From Calditrichales bacterium (GTDB taxonomy: Bacteria > Calditrichota > Calditrichia > Calditrichales > J004), in NCBI GenBank assembly GCA_965267575.1, contig OZ254086.1, forward strand, positions 3,424,001 to 3,488,000: 64,000 bases of DNA, given 5' to 3'. This document shows, one piece after another, positions 19,692 to 30,067 of the stretch. The stretch's first letter is position 1. Each line of letters begins with the position of its first letter. The notes under the pieces are model-generated. The model did not search any database and had not been told where the DNA came from. It was given only the letters and a program-made list of their open reading frames with translations. The position numbers and the translations under genes are program-made.

Positions 19692-20612
19692 ATGAAAGAC
19701 GCATTTATATTTCCGGGACAAGCATCGCAGTTTGTCGGGATGGCCGGTGACCTGTATGAACAATTTGACCTGGCCAGGGAATATTTTGATAAAGCCAATG
19801 ATATTCTGGGTCTTGATCTGAAAAAGCTTTGCTTTGAAGGACCAGAGGAAGAGCTAAAACAAACTTATATCACGCAGCCGGCTATCTTTGTGCACAGCAC
19901 CATTGTTGCCGGTCTCTTGAAGCAAAAGGGCGTAGAGCCGCGTGCAGTGGCCGGGCACAGCCTTGGTGAATACAGCGCACTTGTTGCCGCGGGCGCGTTT
20001 GATTTTGAAAGCGGCTTCCGCCTTGTAAAAGAACGCAGCCGCCTGATGTTCCAGGCCGGGCAATCGCGTCCGGGAACGATGGGCGCCATCATCGGGCTGG
20101 AAGACGATCAGGTTAAGGAGATTTGCGCTTCTCTGAAAAGCGAAGGTATTGTTCAGCCGGCCAATTTCAATTCACCGGGCCAGGTGGCGATTAGCGGCGA
20201 GCGTGGCGTTGTGCTTAAGGCGCTGGAAGTATCCCGTGAAAAGGGCGCGCGCAAGGCTGTCGAGTTGGAAGTGTCCGGAGCGTTTCACAGCCCGTTAATG
20301 GAAGAGGCTATAGAAGGTCTGCAAAAAGCAATCGCTTCCACAGAAATTAAAGATATCGATATTCCCGTTTACACGAATGTTACAGCCGGGCCGGTGAAAA
20401 AATCGGCCGAAATTGGGGAGCTTCTTTTAAAGCAGTTGAGTAGCCCTGTGCGCTGGCGTGAGATCATCGAAAACATGGCCAAAGACGGCTTTGAAAATTT
20501 TGTTGAAGTCGGGCCCGGCAAGGTCTTAAAAGGTTTGCACAAGAGAATTAACCGCGATCTGGACTGCCAGACCTGTGGCACCGTTGAAGAACTGAATACA
20601 TTTGGAAGCTGA
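19692..20612 (+). CDS. fabD: Malonyl-CoA:ACP transacylase
   Basis: FPGQASQ, GHSLGE, AFHS. Confidence 0.96.
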   Translation: MKDAFIFPGQASQFVGMAGDLYEQFDLAREYFDKANDILGLDLKKLCFEGPEEELKQTYITQPAIFVHSTIVAGLLKQKGVEPRAVAGHSLGEYSALVAAGAFDFESGFRLVKERSRLMFQAGQSRPGTMGAIIGLEDDQVKEICASLKSEGIVQPANFNSPGQVAISGERGVVLKALEVSREKGARKAVELEVSGAFHSPLMEEAIEGLQKAIASTEIKDIDIPVYTNVTAGPVKKSAEIGELLLKQLSSPVRWREIIENMAKDGFENFVEVGPGKVLKGLHKRINRDLDCQTCGTVEELNTFGS

Positions 20613-20615
20613 ATT

Positions 20616-21356
20616 ATGGATTTTAAGGACCAGGTTGTTGTCGTTACCGGATCATCCCGGGGCATAGGTAAAGAGATTGCCCTGGCTTTTGCCCGTGAGG
20701 GCGCGTCTGTTGTTTTAAGCGGACGCAATGAGCAGGCTTTAACGCCTGTTGCCGCGGATGTGGAAAAGGCCGGCGGCAAGGCCCTGGTCTGCGCAGCCGA
20801 CGTCTCCGAAACACAAAGCGCGCAAAACTTGATTGATCAGGCGTTACAGAAGTTTGGCCGCGTTGATATTCTTGTAAATAACGCAGGCATTACGCGTGAC
20901 AATATTTTACTTCGCTTAAATGAGGATGACTGGGACACTGTTATCGATATCAACCTTAAAGGCGCTTTTAACTGCGCCAAAGCGGTGGCAAAACCGATGA
21001 TGAAGCAGCGCATCGGCTGCATAATAAACATAACATCCGTGGTTGGTCAGATGGGCAACGCCGGACAATCCAATTATGCAGCCAGCAAAGCCGGTTTAAT
21101 AGGCTTTACAAAGAGCTTGGCAAAAGAACTGGCGTCGCGCAATATCCGCGTGAACGCCGTGGCTCCGGGATTTATCGAGACAGATATGACATCGGAGCTG
21201 CCGGAAAAAGCACGGGAAGAACTGGTTAACGCCATACCGCTGAAGAAGCTTGGCAACGCGGGCGATGTGGCCGATTTAGTTCTGTTTTTATCTTCAAACA
21301 AAGCACAGTATATTACCGGCCAAGTCGTCAATGTGGACGGCGGCATGGTTATGTAA
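20616..21356 (+). CDS. fabG: 3-oxoacyl-ACP reductase
   Basis: [21 protein letters not shown]. Confidence 0.96.
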   Translation: MDFKDQVVVVTGSSRGIGKEIALAFAREGASVVLSGRNEQALTPVAADVEKAGGKALVCAADVSETQSAQNLIDQALQKFGRVDILVNNAGITRDNILLRLNEDDWDTVIDINLKGAFNCAKAVAKPMMKQRIGCIINITSVVGQMGNAGQSNYAASKAGLIGFTKSLAKELASRNIRVNAVAPGFIETDMTSELPEKAREELVNAIPLKKLGNAGDVADLVLFLSSNKAQYITGQVVNVDGGMVM

Positions 21357-21393
21357 AAAAACGCAAATAATACGCAAGCGAGGAGGAGGATAC

Positions 21394-21627
21394 ATGTCAA
21401 TTGCAGATCAAGTTAAGGATATTATTGTTGATCAGCTTGGAGTGGATGAGGGGCAGGTTAAACCGGAAGCATCTTTCATTGATGATCTTGGCGCAGACAG
21501 CCTGGATACGGTAGAACTGGTAATGGCCTTTGAAGAAAAATTCGATATCGAAATTCCCGATGAAGACGCGGAAAAAATGCGTACCGTCGGCGATGCCGTT
21601 TCTTACCTGGAAGAAAAATTAGGCTAA
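21394..21627 (+). CDS. acpP: Acyl carrier protein
   Basis: [16 protein letters not shown] before ATG 21394. Confidence 0.97.
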   Translation: MSIADQVKDIIVDQLGVDEGQVKPEASFIDDLGADSLDTVELVMAFEEKFDIEIPDEDAEKMRTVGDAVSYLEEKLG

Positions 21628-21667
21628 AACGCACATTTTTCTGACACGAATTTTTTGTTGAAATTGA

Positions 21668-21705
21668 AAGCAATCCGTGGTTGTGCGGATTGCTTCTTAT
21701 TTTTT
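21668..21705 (+). terminator. Hairpin/terminator between acpP and fabF
   Basis: AAGCAATCCG/CGGATTGCTT 10-bp stem with a T-rich tail. Confidence 0.6.
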
Positions 21706-21734
21706 GGCATGTTGAATCATCGAAGGATTATGTA

Positions 21735-22979
21735 ATGCAAAAGCGACGCGTTGTCGTTACCGGACTCGGAGCGATCAGCCCGGTAGGAAATACAGTCCGG
21801 GAAACATGGAATGCCTTGCTGGAGGGCAAAAGCGGTGTCGACAAAATCACCCTTTTTGATACGTCCGATCATAAAACTCAAATTGCCGGGGAAGTAAAGA
21901 ACTTTAATCCCGAGGATCATATTGACCGCAAGGAAGCGCGGAAGCTGGACCGTTTTACGCAATTGGCCATAGTCGGCGCCGATGAAGCCATAAAATCATC
22001 CGGCCTGGACCTTGAAAAAGTCAACCGGGACCGTGTTGGCGTTATTGTGGGAACGGGTATCGGCGGTATGTACACGTTTGAATCCGAGCATGAAAAGCTT
22101 ATTTCTGCAGGTCCGCGCCGTGTGTCCCCGTTTTTTATCCCGATGATGATCGGTGATATTGCTGCGGGCCAGATATCGATTCGATACAATCTTAAGGGTC
22201 CCAACTATTCCACCGTTTCGGCCTGTGCCTCTTCCGGGCATGCCGTTGGAGTCAGCTACCGTACGATCCAGTATGGCGATGCCGATGTAATGGTATGCGG
22301 CGGAACGGAGGCTGTTGTAACGCCCATGGCCGTAGCCGGATTCAACAATTCCAAGGCTCTAAGCACCAACAATGACGAGCCGCAAAAAGCCAGCCGCCCG
22401 TTTGACGCCATGCGCGACGGTTTTGTGCTGGGCGAAGGCGCGGGCATTCTGATCCTTGAAGAACTGGAACATGCCCTGGCCCGCGGTGCAAATATTATTG
22501 CTGAAGTAGCCGGTATCGGCTTTACGGCCGACGCGTTTCATATCACGCAGCCGGCGCCGGGTGGCGAAGGAGCTGTAAGGGCTATGGCCAATACGCTGGA
22601 AGACGCAGGCTTAAAGCCGCAGGACGTTGATTATATCAATGCCCATGGCACGTCGACGCCATACAACGATAAAAATGAGAGCGCGGCCATCCGCCAGGTT
22701 TTTGGTGAATACGCGGACAAAGTGGCCGTGAGTTCAACAAAGTCGATGACAGGGCACCTGCTTGGCGCTGCCGGCGGTATGGAGATGATCATCTGCGCGC
22801 TCGCCGTAAAAGAGGATCATATACCGCCCACGATTAATTATGAAAACCCGGATCCTGAGTGTGATTTAAACTATACGCCCAATAAAGCCGTGAAACGAAC
22901 GGTGCGGGCGGCCATTAGCAATTCCTTCGGGTTTGGCGGACATAACACGTGTCTGGCTGTTAAAAAATATACAGCGTAA
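21735..22979 (+). CDS. fabF: 3-oxoacyl-ACP synthase II
   Basis: RRVVVTG, SACAS, NAHGTST, GHLLGA, NSFGFGG. Confidence 0.96.
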   Translation: MQKRRVVVTGLGAISPVGNTVRETWNALLEGKSGVDKITLFDTSDHKTQIAGEVKNFNPEDHIDRKEARKLDRFTQLAIVGADEAIKSSGLDLEKVNRDRVGVIVGTGIGGMYTFESEHEKLISAGPRRVSPFFIPMMIGDIAAGQISIRYNLKGPNYSTVSACASSGHAVGVSYRTIQYGDADVMVCGGTEAVVTPMAVAGFNNSKALSTNNDEPQKASRPFDAMRDGFVLGEGAGILILEELEHALARGANIIAEVAGIGFTADAFHITQPAPGGEGAVRAMANTLEDAGLKPQDVDYINAHGTSTPYNDKNESAAIRQVFGEYADKVAVSSTKSMTGHLLGAAGGMEMIICALAVKEDHIPPTINYENPDPECDLNYTPNKAVKRTVRAAISNSFGFGGHNTCLAVKKYTA

Positions 22980-22991
22980 GTCGATCTTTTG

Positions 22992-23792
22992 ATGTTGAAA
23001 AGAATTGCCCAATGGATGGGTCTTGAGCGGGACACTGAAAGCATTCTTAAAAAGTTTCGCCTGCTCGAAGAGATAATCGGTTACTCATTTTCTGATTACG
23101 AATTGCTGCAGGAGGCATTAAGACATCGTTCTTTCCTCAACCGAAACCAGGACACCGAGCTTGAGTCTAACGAGCGTCTTGAGTTTTTGGGAGATGCCAT
23201 TCTGGATTTTGTCGTTACCGATTTTTTGTTCAAAACGTTCAGTGAGGAAAATGAAGGCCTGCTGTCCCAGAAGAAATCGGTATTGGTTTCACGAAAAGTT
23301 TTAGGGAAGATCTGCGAAGAGATGGAGCTCGGCAAATTTCTAATTCTAAACCGCGGCGAAGAAAAAACCGGGGGCCGCAAAAGGCTTTCCAACCTGGCCA
23401 ACCTTTTTGAAGCCCTGTTGGGCGCGATATACCTGGATGGTGGAATCGAGCCAGCCAGGCAATTTGTAGACAAGATCGTATTATCCCGCCATAAAGAATT
23501 CCTGAAGACACAAAGTTTCTTCAATTATAAGTCGATGCTTTTGGAATTCGCCCAGGGCCAGGGCTGGGGTTTTCCCACCTATTCCGTTTTGGAAGAAAAG
23601 GGTCCGGATCACCGAAAGACATTTTTGGTAAAAGCGCAGGTTAATAACCATCATTCGGCAACGGGAACAGGCCCCAACAAGAAAAGTGCCGAGCAGAATG
23701 CGGCTAAAAACGCACTACAAAATTTAGCTTATGAATTTCCGGAAGTTGCCCGAAGACACGGATTGAAGGAAACAGTAAAGGATAGCGAATGA
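22992..23792 (+). CDS. rnc: Ribonuclease III
   Basis: NERLEFLGDA signature plus C-terminal dsRBD. Confidence 0.95.
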   Translation: MLKRIAQWMGLERDTESILKKFRLLEEIIGYSFSDYELLQEALRHRSFLNRNQDTELESNERLEFLGDAILDFVVTDFLFKTFSEENEGLLSQKKSVLVSRKVLGKICEEMELGKFLILNRGEEKTGGRKRLSNLANLFEALLGAIYLDGGIEPARQFVDKIVLSRHKEFLKTQSFFNYKSMLLEFAQGQGWGFPTYSVLEEKGPDHRKTFLVKAQVNNHHSATGTGPNKKSAEQNAAKNALQNLAYEFPEVARRHGLKETVKDSE

Positions 23793-24883
23793 AGATTATT
23801 AATGTTGTAGGCGCCAGGCCGAATTTTATGAAGATTGCACCCATCCAGCGTGTCATGGATGCCGAACCCAGTATCGAGACCGTGCTTGTACACACCGGCC
23901 AGCACTACGATGAACGCATGTCCAAGCTGTTTTTTGACGATCTTAAAATGCCCAAGCCCGATGTCTATTTAAACGTGGGATCGGCCAGCCATGCCGTGCA
24001 AACGGCGCGGGTTATGGAAGAGTTTGAAAAAGTGTGTCTGGAACACAAACCGGACCTGGTGGTGGTGGTCGGCGATGTGAATTCCACTGCTGCCTGCAGT
24101 ATTACAGCCAAAAAACTGCATATAAATGTTGCCCATGTGGAAGCCGGGCTGCGCAGCAACGACAGGCGCATGCCTGAGGAGATAAATCGCCTGTTGACCG
24201 ATTGTATTTCCGATATGCTGTTTGTTACAGAGCAAAGCGGGATTGATAACCTCAAGCGCGAGGGCATTCCCGACAGCAAAGTACATTTTGTCGGCAATGT
24301 TATGATTGATTCCCTTGTCTATTTCATGGAAAAGGCAAAGGGTTCTAAAATACTGGATACGCTTGATCTGGATGGAAAACCATATGGCTTGATTACGCTG
24401 CACCGGCCCAGCAACGTGGATAATGTTGAGATTTTTACCCGGCTGCTCGATGCTTTTGCCGAAATTGAAAAAGATATCAACCTGGTATTTCCCATTCATC
24501 CCCGTTCGCGCAAAATGATCGCGAATTTTGGACTTGAATCAAAAGTAAAAAATCTGCAAAATCTATCTCTTCTGGAGCCCTTGGGCTATCTGGATTTTAT
24601 GAAGCTGATGCATAACGCCAAAATCATCCTGACAGATTCCGGCGGCATCCAGGAAGAGACGACCTATCTCGGAATACCTTGTCTGACCCTGCGCGAGAAT
24701 ACGGAAAGACCGGTGACGGTTGATGTGGGCACAAATCTTCTGGTAGGCAATGACACGGATTTGCTTATCAGTGAATCGCGTAAAATTCTTAAGGGAACCT
24801 GGAAAAAGGGCAGGGTGCCGGAGCTTTGGGACGGACACACCGCAGAACGTATTGTGGATATAATTAAGAAGGAGATGGCTTGA
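23789..24883 (+). CDS. wecB: UDP-N-acetylglucosamine 2-epimerase (non-hydrolysing)
   Basis: GARPNFMK, HTGQHYD, HVEAGLRS, TDSGGIQEE. Confidence 0.93.
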   Translation: MKIINVVGARPNFMKIAPIQRVMDAEPSIETVLVHTGQHYDERMSKLFFDDLKMPKPDVYLNVGSASHAVQTARVMEEFEKVCLEHKPDLVVVVGDVNSTAACSITAKKLHINVAHVEAGLRSNDRRMPEEINRLLTDCISDMLFVTEQSGIDNLKREGIPDSKVHFVGNVMIDSLVYFMEKAKGSKILDTLDLDGKPYGLITLHRPSNVDNVEIFTRLLDAFAEIEKDINLVFPIHPRSRKMIANFGLESKVKNLQNLSLLEPLGYLDFMKLMHNAKIILTDSGGIQEETTYLGIPCLTLRENTERPVTVDVGTNLLVGNDTDLLISESRKILKGTWKKGRVPELWDGHTAERIVDIIKKEMA

Positions 24884-26121
24884 AACGCCTCATTCTGTTA
24901 TTAGCTGTTTTTTTTAGCACCGCTTTGTTTGCACAGGAAGAATCTACCGTTCCACTTCTTGATGTACGCAGCAAAAAATATGAACAATCGCTGGAACGGT
25001 TTTATCAGACGCGTTCTGTTTTGCGTAATACCGTGCCACAGGTAATGGAAGCCGAATTGGAGGCACAAAATTATCGTGTTGGGCCGGGGGATTTCTTTAA
25101 GGTTTCTGTGTTCGGTGAACTGGAAAACGAGTATGAGTTTCAAATTCTGCCGGAGGGGACAGTGTTGGTGCCTACGGTAGGAGAAATACACGTTTCTGGT
25201 TTGACGCTGAAAGAGGCCAAGCAGAAGATACTGGATGAAGTAAAAAAGAACTATATCCGCGCAGATATTCGTGTGAATCTTACCGGATTGCGCAAGTTCA
25301 GGGTTTATTTTACGGGTGAGGTTAAGGCACCCGGAACATATTTTGCCCAGGGTTCGGACCGCCTGAGTGACATCGTTGAAGTTTCGGTAGTACCGGCCCA
25401 AACAGAAGAAGAAGTGACTTCAAGCCTCAACGACTGGGCTGATGACACGCGTATTGAGATTGAGCATATCGACGGTACAAAAAACGTTTACGACCTGACA
25501 CGCTTTTACAGGCTGGGTGACAAGTCTCAAAATCCAAATCTCCGCGGCGGCGATATTATTTATGTACCCTCTATCGATCTTACAGATTCTTATGTGGTTA
25601 TTGAAGGAAATATAGGTTTCCAAGGTATTTATCCGCTGAAGGATAATGAAAACTTATTCGAGTTCCTGACGCGTGTGGGTGCGTTAAGTAAAAAGTCGAA
25701 CCTCGAAAATATCGTTGTTGAGCGTAAGAAGCAGGAAATCGAGCTGGATCTTCTTAATGATAAAGAGGTCCGCAATTTTACCCTGCAAAGTGAGGACAAA
25801 GTAATAATTCCAACGATTTATGAACGGGTTTATGTTAGGGGAGAAGTTTTCAGACCTGGTGCGTTTCCCTATCGGGCAAACTATACGGCGAAAGATTATA
25901 TCGGCGAAGCCGGCGCATTAGATACAGCAGATGACATAAAAGACGTGATGGTCGTACGCCGGTCCACAGGTGAGGTTATTATGGGACCGGACACAATCGT
26001 TGAAAAGGGTGATACCATCATATTGCCCAAGCGCCCCCGTGAGGTCTTCAAGGATTACATAACAATCCTGGCCCCGGTCATTTCATTATTCATCGCAACT
26101 TTAGCATTGGTACAGAGATAG
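24880..26121 (+). CDS. Polysaccharide export protein (Poly_export plus SLBB repeats; Wza/KpsD-like)
   Basis: Signal peptide, YRVGPGD, GEVKAPG and GEVFRPG repeats, C-terminal hydrophobic helix; TTG start overlapping the wecB stop. Confidence 0.85.
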   Translation: MKRLILLLAVFFSTALFAQEESTVPLLDVRSKKYEQSLERFYQTRSVLRNTVPQVMEAELEAQNYRVGPGDFFKVSVFGELENEYEFQILPEGTVLVPTVGEIHVSGLTLKEAKQKILDEVKKNYIRADIRVNLTGLRKFRVYFTGEVKAPGTYFAQGSDRLSDIVEVSVVPAQTEEEVTSSLNDWADDTRIEIEHIDGTKNVYDLTRFYRLGDKSQNPNLRGGDIIYVPSIDLTDSYVVIEGNIGFQGIYPLKDNENLFEFLTRVGALSKKSNLENIVVERKKQEIELDLLNDKEVRNFTLQSEDKVIIPTIYERVYVRGEVFRPGAFPYRANYTAKDYIGEAGALDTADDIKDVMVVRRSTGEVIMGPDTIVEKGDTIILPKRPREVFKDYITILAPVISLFIATLALVQR

Positions 26122-26123
26122 GT

Positions 26124-27320
26124 ATGGAAAAAGAAAAAAATATTATAGATGTTTTTCACACTTTGCTTAAGCATAGATTATTTATAGTCAAATATTTTAT
26201 TATAGTTGTATTTTTAGCACTAATTATTAGTCTAGTCTGGCCTAAGACTTACAAAAGCACAGTCAGGTTTTTACCACCCCCTACCGAAAAGCTTTCTTTT
26301 GGCGGATTATTAAATTCCATTATACAAACTGGACCGAGTACATCAAAGCTTTCTTCAGAGGCAATGCTGGTTATTTTGCGTAGCAGGGCTTTAAAAGAAA
26401 GGGCGATAGAAAAATTCGATTTAGATAGCGTATATAGTATAGATATACATGAATACGTTTTATTAGAACTCAATAAAAATATGTTAATTGAAGAAATTAG
26501 AGAGGGTGGATTTGGGTTTAATCCGGTTGTTGCAGTTGAACTTTCTTTCACGGATGAGGAGCCTTGGAGAGCAAAGGAACTGGCTAGTTTTTATTCACAT
26601 AATCTAGACTCGCTACTCAGAAAGCTAAATTTTGAACGACTTTACAAAAGTTATATCAGTCTTAGAGATCGCTATAATCAAAATCTTGTTGATCTTAAGA
26701 ATGCTGAAGATTCATTAGCAATTTTTCAAAAAAAATATGGTATTTACGAAGTTGACACTCAACTTGAAGAGATGGTTTCAAAGATTGCTGATATTAAACA
26801 ACAAATAATTTTGTTGGAAGTCGAGATCGAAGTGTTAAATCAGATTTTAGCGGCGAATTCTGCACAGCTAAATAAATTAAGAGAAGAAAAATCTAGCTTA
26901 GATTCTATATATCAAAGTATGCTTACTTCAGAAAAGCAAATTAACTATAGTGAGCTTTTTAAGCCTTTAAATATTATGCCAGAATTAGCAAAGAATTATG
27001 CGCGACTTTATCGCAATGTCGAAATACAAAATAAGATATTAGAATTTATATATCCACAATATGAGCAGCTTAAATTACAAGTTGAATCTGATCCATTAGG
27101 TATCCAAATAGTTGATAACGCTCAAATCCCAACATATAAAGACAAACCTAAAAGATTGTATATTGTGTTATCTGGCGTATTATTTGCAATATTTTCTGGA
27201 TTACTAATAATCTTTATCAGAGAATACTATTCAACTCTTAAAGAAACAGATATTGAAGAATACGAAAAAATCAGAGAAATATTTAATACATTAAAGTTAC
27301 GAAAGTTTTTTAAGGGCTAA
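26124..27320 (+). CDS. Polysaccharide co-polymerase / chain-length determinant (Wzz/GNVR type, no kinase domain)
   Basis: TM + PKTYKS, long coiled coil, IVDNAQIP..KDKPKR + TM. Confidence 0.85.
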   Translation: MEKEKNIIDVFHTLLKHRLFIVKYFIIVVFLALIISLVWPKTYKSTVRFLPPPTEKLSFGGLLNSIIQTGPSTSKLSSEAMLVILRSRALKERAIEKFDLDSVYSIDIHEYVLLELNKNMLIEEIREGGFGFNPVVAVELSFTDEEPWRAKELASFYSHNLDSLLRKLNFERLYKSYISLRDRYNQNLVDLKNAEDSLAIFQKKYGIYEVDTQLEEMVSKIADIKQQIILLEVEIEVLNQILAANSAQLNKLREEKSSLDSIYQSMLTSEKQINYSELFKPLNIMPELAKNYARLYRNVEIQNKILEFIYPQYEQLKLQVESDPLGIQIVDNAQIPTYKDKPKRLYIVLSGVLFAIFSGLLIIFIREYYSTLKETDIEEYEKIREIFNTLKLRKFFKG

Positions 27321-27321
27321 A

Positions 27322-28641
27322 TTGGAAGTTTTATTTGGTGGCTTCGTTGTTCTTATCATTATCGTTCTGTTCTTGCATTTTTTTTTGAAAAGCATACTAG
27401 AACCTTCTTATGTCATCCTAATATTAAGTCTAGGCTCTTATGCAGGGTATTTAGGAAGAATTGCTTTAAGTACTGAAATTCAGGTTTCTCTTTTTCAAGT
27501 TTTTCTAATTTTTTCTATAGTCGTTCTCGTTCTGTATAAGATTACTAATAATAATCTTATGCTCAAAACATCTGGACTAGAATTAGAATTTTTATTGTTT
27601 TTTTCCATTATATTCCTGTCATTAATTTATTCTCCTAGTACTGAAAATGGGTTTATATATTCGCTAAGGGTTTTTGCTTTAGTAGTTATGGTATTTGTTG
27701 TAATCAATACCGTAAATAAAGTAAGTCATATAAGAAATATACTAATTGCAATAACTGTTTTTGGAATCGTGCTCGCCGTTTTTTCTATTAATGAAGGATT
27801 CAAAACAGAGAATCTAGTGACCAATTTGTTAACTATGGGTAAAAAGTTAAGGGGCAGATCTTCGATAAATGTTGAAGATCCAAATATATTTGCTAGCCAT
27901 TTTTTTATGCCGATAATGTTCTCATTATCCTTATTAGTGAGTAAACACTCAAAATTAGTGGTTAAAATAACTAGTGGGCTTATAGTTATTATACTTTTAA
28001 GTGGGTTAGCTGCGACTTTATCAAGGAGCGCCTGGCTATCAGCGGGTATTGGTATATTATTTGTAACTATATTCAATAAGGAATACAGAATTTATATTTT
28101 TTTATTTATTGCTTTATTAATTGTTTTAGTTTTAAGCCCAAGTGCTAGATTAATAGTGGAAAACATTTTGCAGCGCGTAGGAGATATCTTTGCTGGGACC
28201 TCAGACGACTCGAGCCGAACAAGAATGTTGCTGCTTCTGGCTGGTATTAAAATGGGATTTGAGTCAATATTGATTGGTGTTGGTTTTAGAGGATTCCCCG
28301 CTAATTTTAACGAATATTATTCAACATTTGAAACAATTGGAGTAAATGAACCGCATAATATTTTATATACGTTATTTGCCGAGCTAGGTATTGTAGGGCT
28401 TTTAGTTTATTTAATGATAATATATAAAATTGCATATGCTGGGCGTGTAAATTTATTGCAGAGTAAAACGAAAGTTGATAATATCATAAATGGTTCCTTG
28501 TTGGCTTCTTTTATCAGTTATTTTGTTTTTTACCAATTTTATGGAGGTGGGCTTACTGACAATAACTTTTGGCTTATAGTAAGTTTTATTTTAAGTGTCC
28601 GTTTGATATATATAAAAAGTACGAATAATGAATACAAATAA
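27322..28641 (+). CDS. Wzy polymerase / O-antigen ligase family protein
   Basis: Multiple TM helices, DPN, TLSRSAW, GVGF, PHN...AELGIVG. Confidence 0.82.
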   Translation: MEVLFGGFVVLIIIVLFLHFFLKSILEPSYVILILSLGSYAGYLGRIALSTEIQVSLFQVFLIFSIVVLVLYKITNNNLMLKTSGLELEFLLFFSIIFLSLIYSPSTENGFIYSLRVFALVVMVFVVINTVNKVSHIRNILIAITVFGIVLAVFSINEGFKTENLVTNLLTMGKKLRGRSSINVEDPNIFASHFFMPIMFSLSLLVSKHSKLVVKITSGLIVIILLSGLAATLSRSAWLSAGIGILFVTIFNKEYRIYIFLFIALLIVLVLSPSARLIVENILQRVGDIFAGTSDDSSRTRMLLLLAGIKMGFESILIGVGFRGFPANFNEYYSTFETIGVNEPHNILYTLFAELGIVGLLVYLMIIYKIAYAGRVNLLQSKTKVDNIINGSLLASFISYFVFYQFYGGGLTDNNFWLIVSFILSVRLIYIKSTNNEYK

Positions 28642-30055
28642 GCGGATCTTAGGACTAATTACAAGTTCAATTTTAAAAAACATTTATGGAGTTTTAAGAG
28701 GCAAATCGGTAGCTGTTTTACTTGATTCAAATGCGTTGGGCATTTTGGGGCAAGCAATTACTTACTTTAGTACTTTTACAAAATTCGGCTCATTGGGTAT
28801 TGATGCAGCTTTGATTAGCGTTGTAAGCAACCAGAAACAGCGGACAAAACAACTCACCACGATTGTTCTGCTCTTTATAATTTTAATCAATATAGCTTCT
28901 TTTATTATTACTTTTTCGATTTTGGATTTAATAAATAGCTATGTTCTTGATAAACAGGTCTTACCTATTTTTATATTTGTACTAATTATTTCGAGTTCTT
29001 TTTCAGCAATTTGCACAGTATTAGAGTCTATTTATCAAGCAAATAACAGACTAGATATTATTATAAAAATCCAAAATCTTCGAAGTATTTTGTCTATCGT
29101 TTTTATATTTCCTTTGATTTATTATTTTGGTGTAAATGGAATTGTATATTCTATATTTTTATTTATTCTAATTAGTTTTTTAGGATATATTTTTTTTTTA
29201 TCACCATATGTTACTTTTAAAGATGACTTTTCTAATGTAGTTACCTATAAACCGATATTAAAAATGGTAATTTCCGTTGCCTCTGCAGACTTTTTGAGAA
29301 AACTGATAGTTTTGTTTTCTTTATTATTTTTGAGGACACAAATTGTTCACAATCTTGGGATGTCTAGTAATGGAGAATTTCAAATTGTTTGGTCTTTAGC
29401 TACATATCCGGATGTATTAATTTCCGCATTTATTATATATTTTTTTCCTGCTGCAGCATCAAAAAGAAATAAAAAGAATTATTTTGAATTTATTAATAAT
29501 AATTTTCTAACGCTTCTATTAATTGTTTTGCCCGTTTTTTTTGTACTAGTATTGTTTCCAGATGTTATAATTTTTTTGTTTTTTTCATTTTCATATACGC
29601 ATTTAATGGAAGAACTCAATTTTTTTTTGATACTCAAATTATTTGAAGTGATTTATAATTATTTTCTAATTATTTTATTAGCCAATTCTAGACTAAAGTT
29701 CTTTGTCCAAGCTGAAATACTCAAATATTCACTTTTACTTTCTTCGTTTATTCTTCTCCATGAATACTTTGGGTTTTATTCAATATTAGCAGCTTTTGCT
29801 ATATCAAATATTGTTTCAGTAATATTTGTTATTTATGCGATTAATAAATGCTTTTATGATGTCATTAAAATAAATACAATCAAGACATTCCTAAAATATT
29901 TAATATTGATTTTCATGCTTGCATTGCCGGTACAGACATTTGGCTATTTATGGTTGATAAAAATACTTTTTGGCATATTATTTTTTACATTACTTTTTGA
30001 TGTTAACTTGATAAAAGAAAAGTATAAATCAGCCTATAGATCAATATTTAAATAA
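28628..30055 (+). CDS. Wzx-type flippase
   Basis: 12-14 TM helices, RGK.VAVLL...LG motif, locus context. Confidence 0.75.
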   Translation: MNTNKRILGLITSSILKNIYGVLRGKSVAVLLDSNALGILGQAITYFSTFTKFGSLGIDAALISVVSNQKQRTKQLTTIVLLFIILINIASFIITFSILDLINSYVLDKQVLPIFIFVLIISSSFSAICTVLESIYQANNRLDIIIKIQNLRSILSIVFIFPLIYYFGVNGIVYSIFLFILISFLGYIFFLSPYVTFKDDFSNVVTYKPILKMVISVASADFLRKLIVLFSLLFLRTQIVHNLGMSSNGEFQIVWSLATYPDVLISAFIIYFFPAAASKRNKKNYFEFINNNFLTLLLIVLPVFFVLVLFPDVIIFLFFSFSYTHLMEELNFFLILKLFEVIYNYFLIILLANSRLKFFVQAEILKYSLLLSSFILLHEYFGFYSILAAFAISNIVSVIFVIYAINKCFYDVIKINTIKTFLKYLILIFMLALPVQTFGYLWLIKILFGILFFTLLFDVNLIKEKYKSAYRSIFK

Positions 30056-30067
30056 TAAGATTTAATA

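Noticed and set aside
21331..21393. N-terminal extensions from the ORF track (acpP here; also fabF, upp, eno and the SDR)
   Set aside because: Downstream ATGs with good SD sequences give family-typical N-termini
16881..22979. fab cluster as a secondary-metabolite (PKS-like) locus
   Set aside because: Canonical yceD-rpmF-plsX-fabH-fabD-fabG-acpP-fabF-rnc order of primary fatty-acid synthesis
29190..29199. T10 homopolymer in wzx as a phase-variation tract
   Set aside because: Long T runs are expected in AT-rich genes for Phe/Leu/Ile-rich membrane proteins, and the frame is intact
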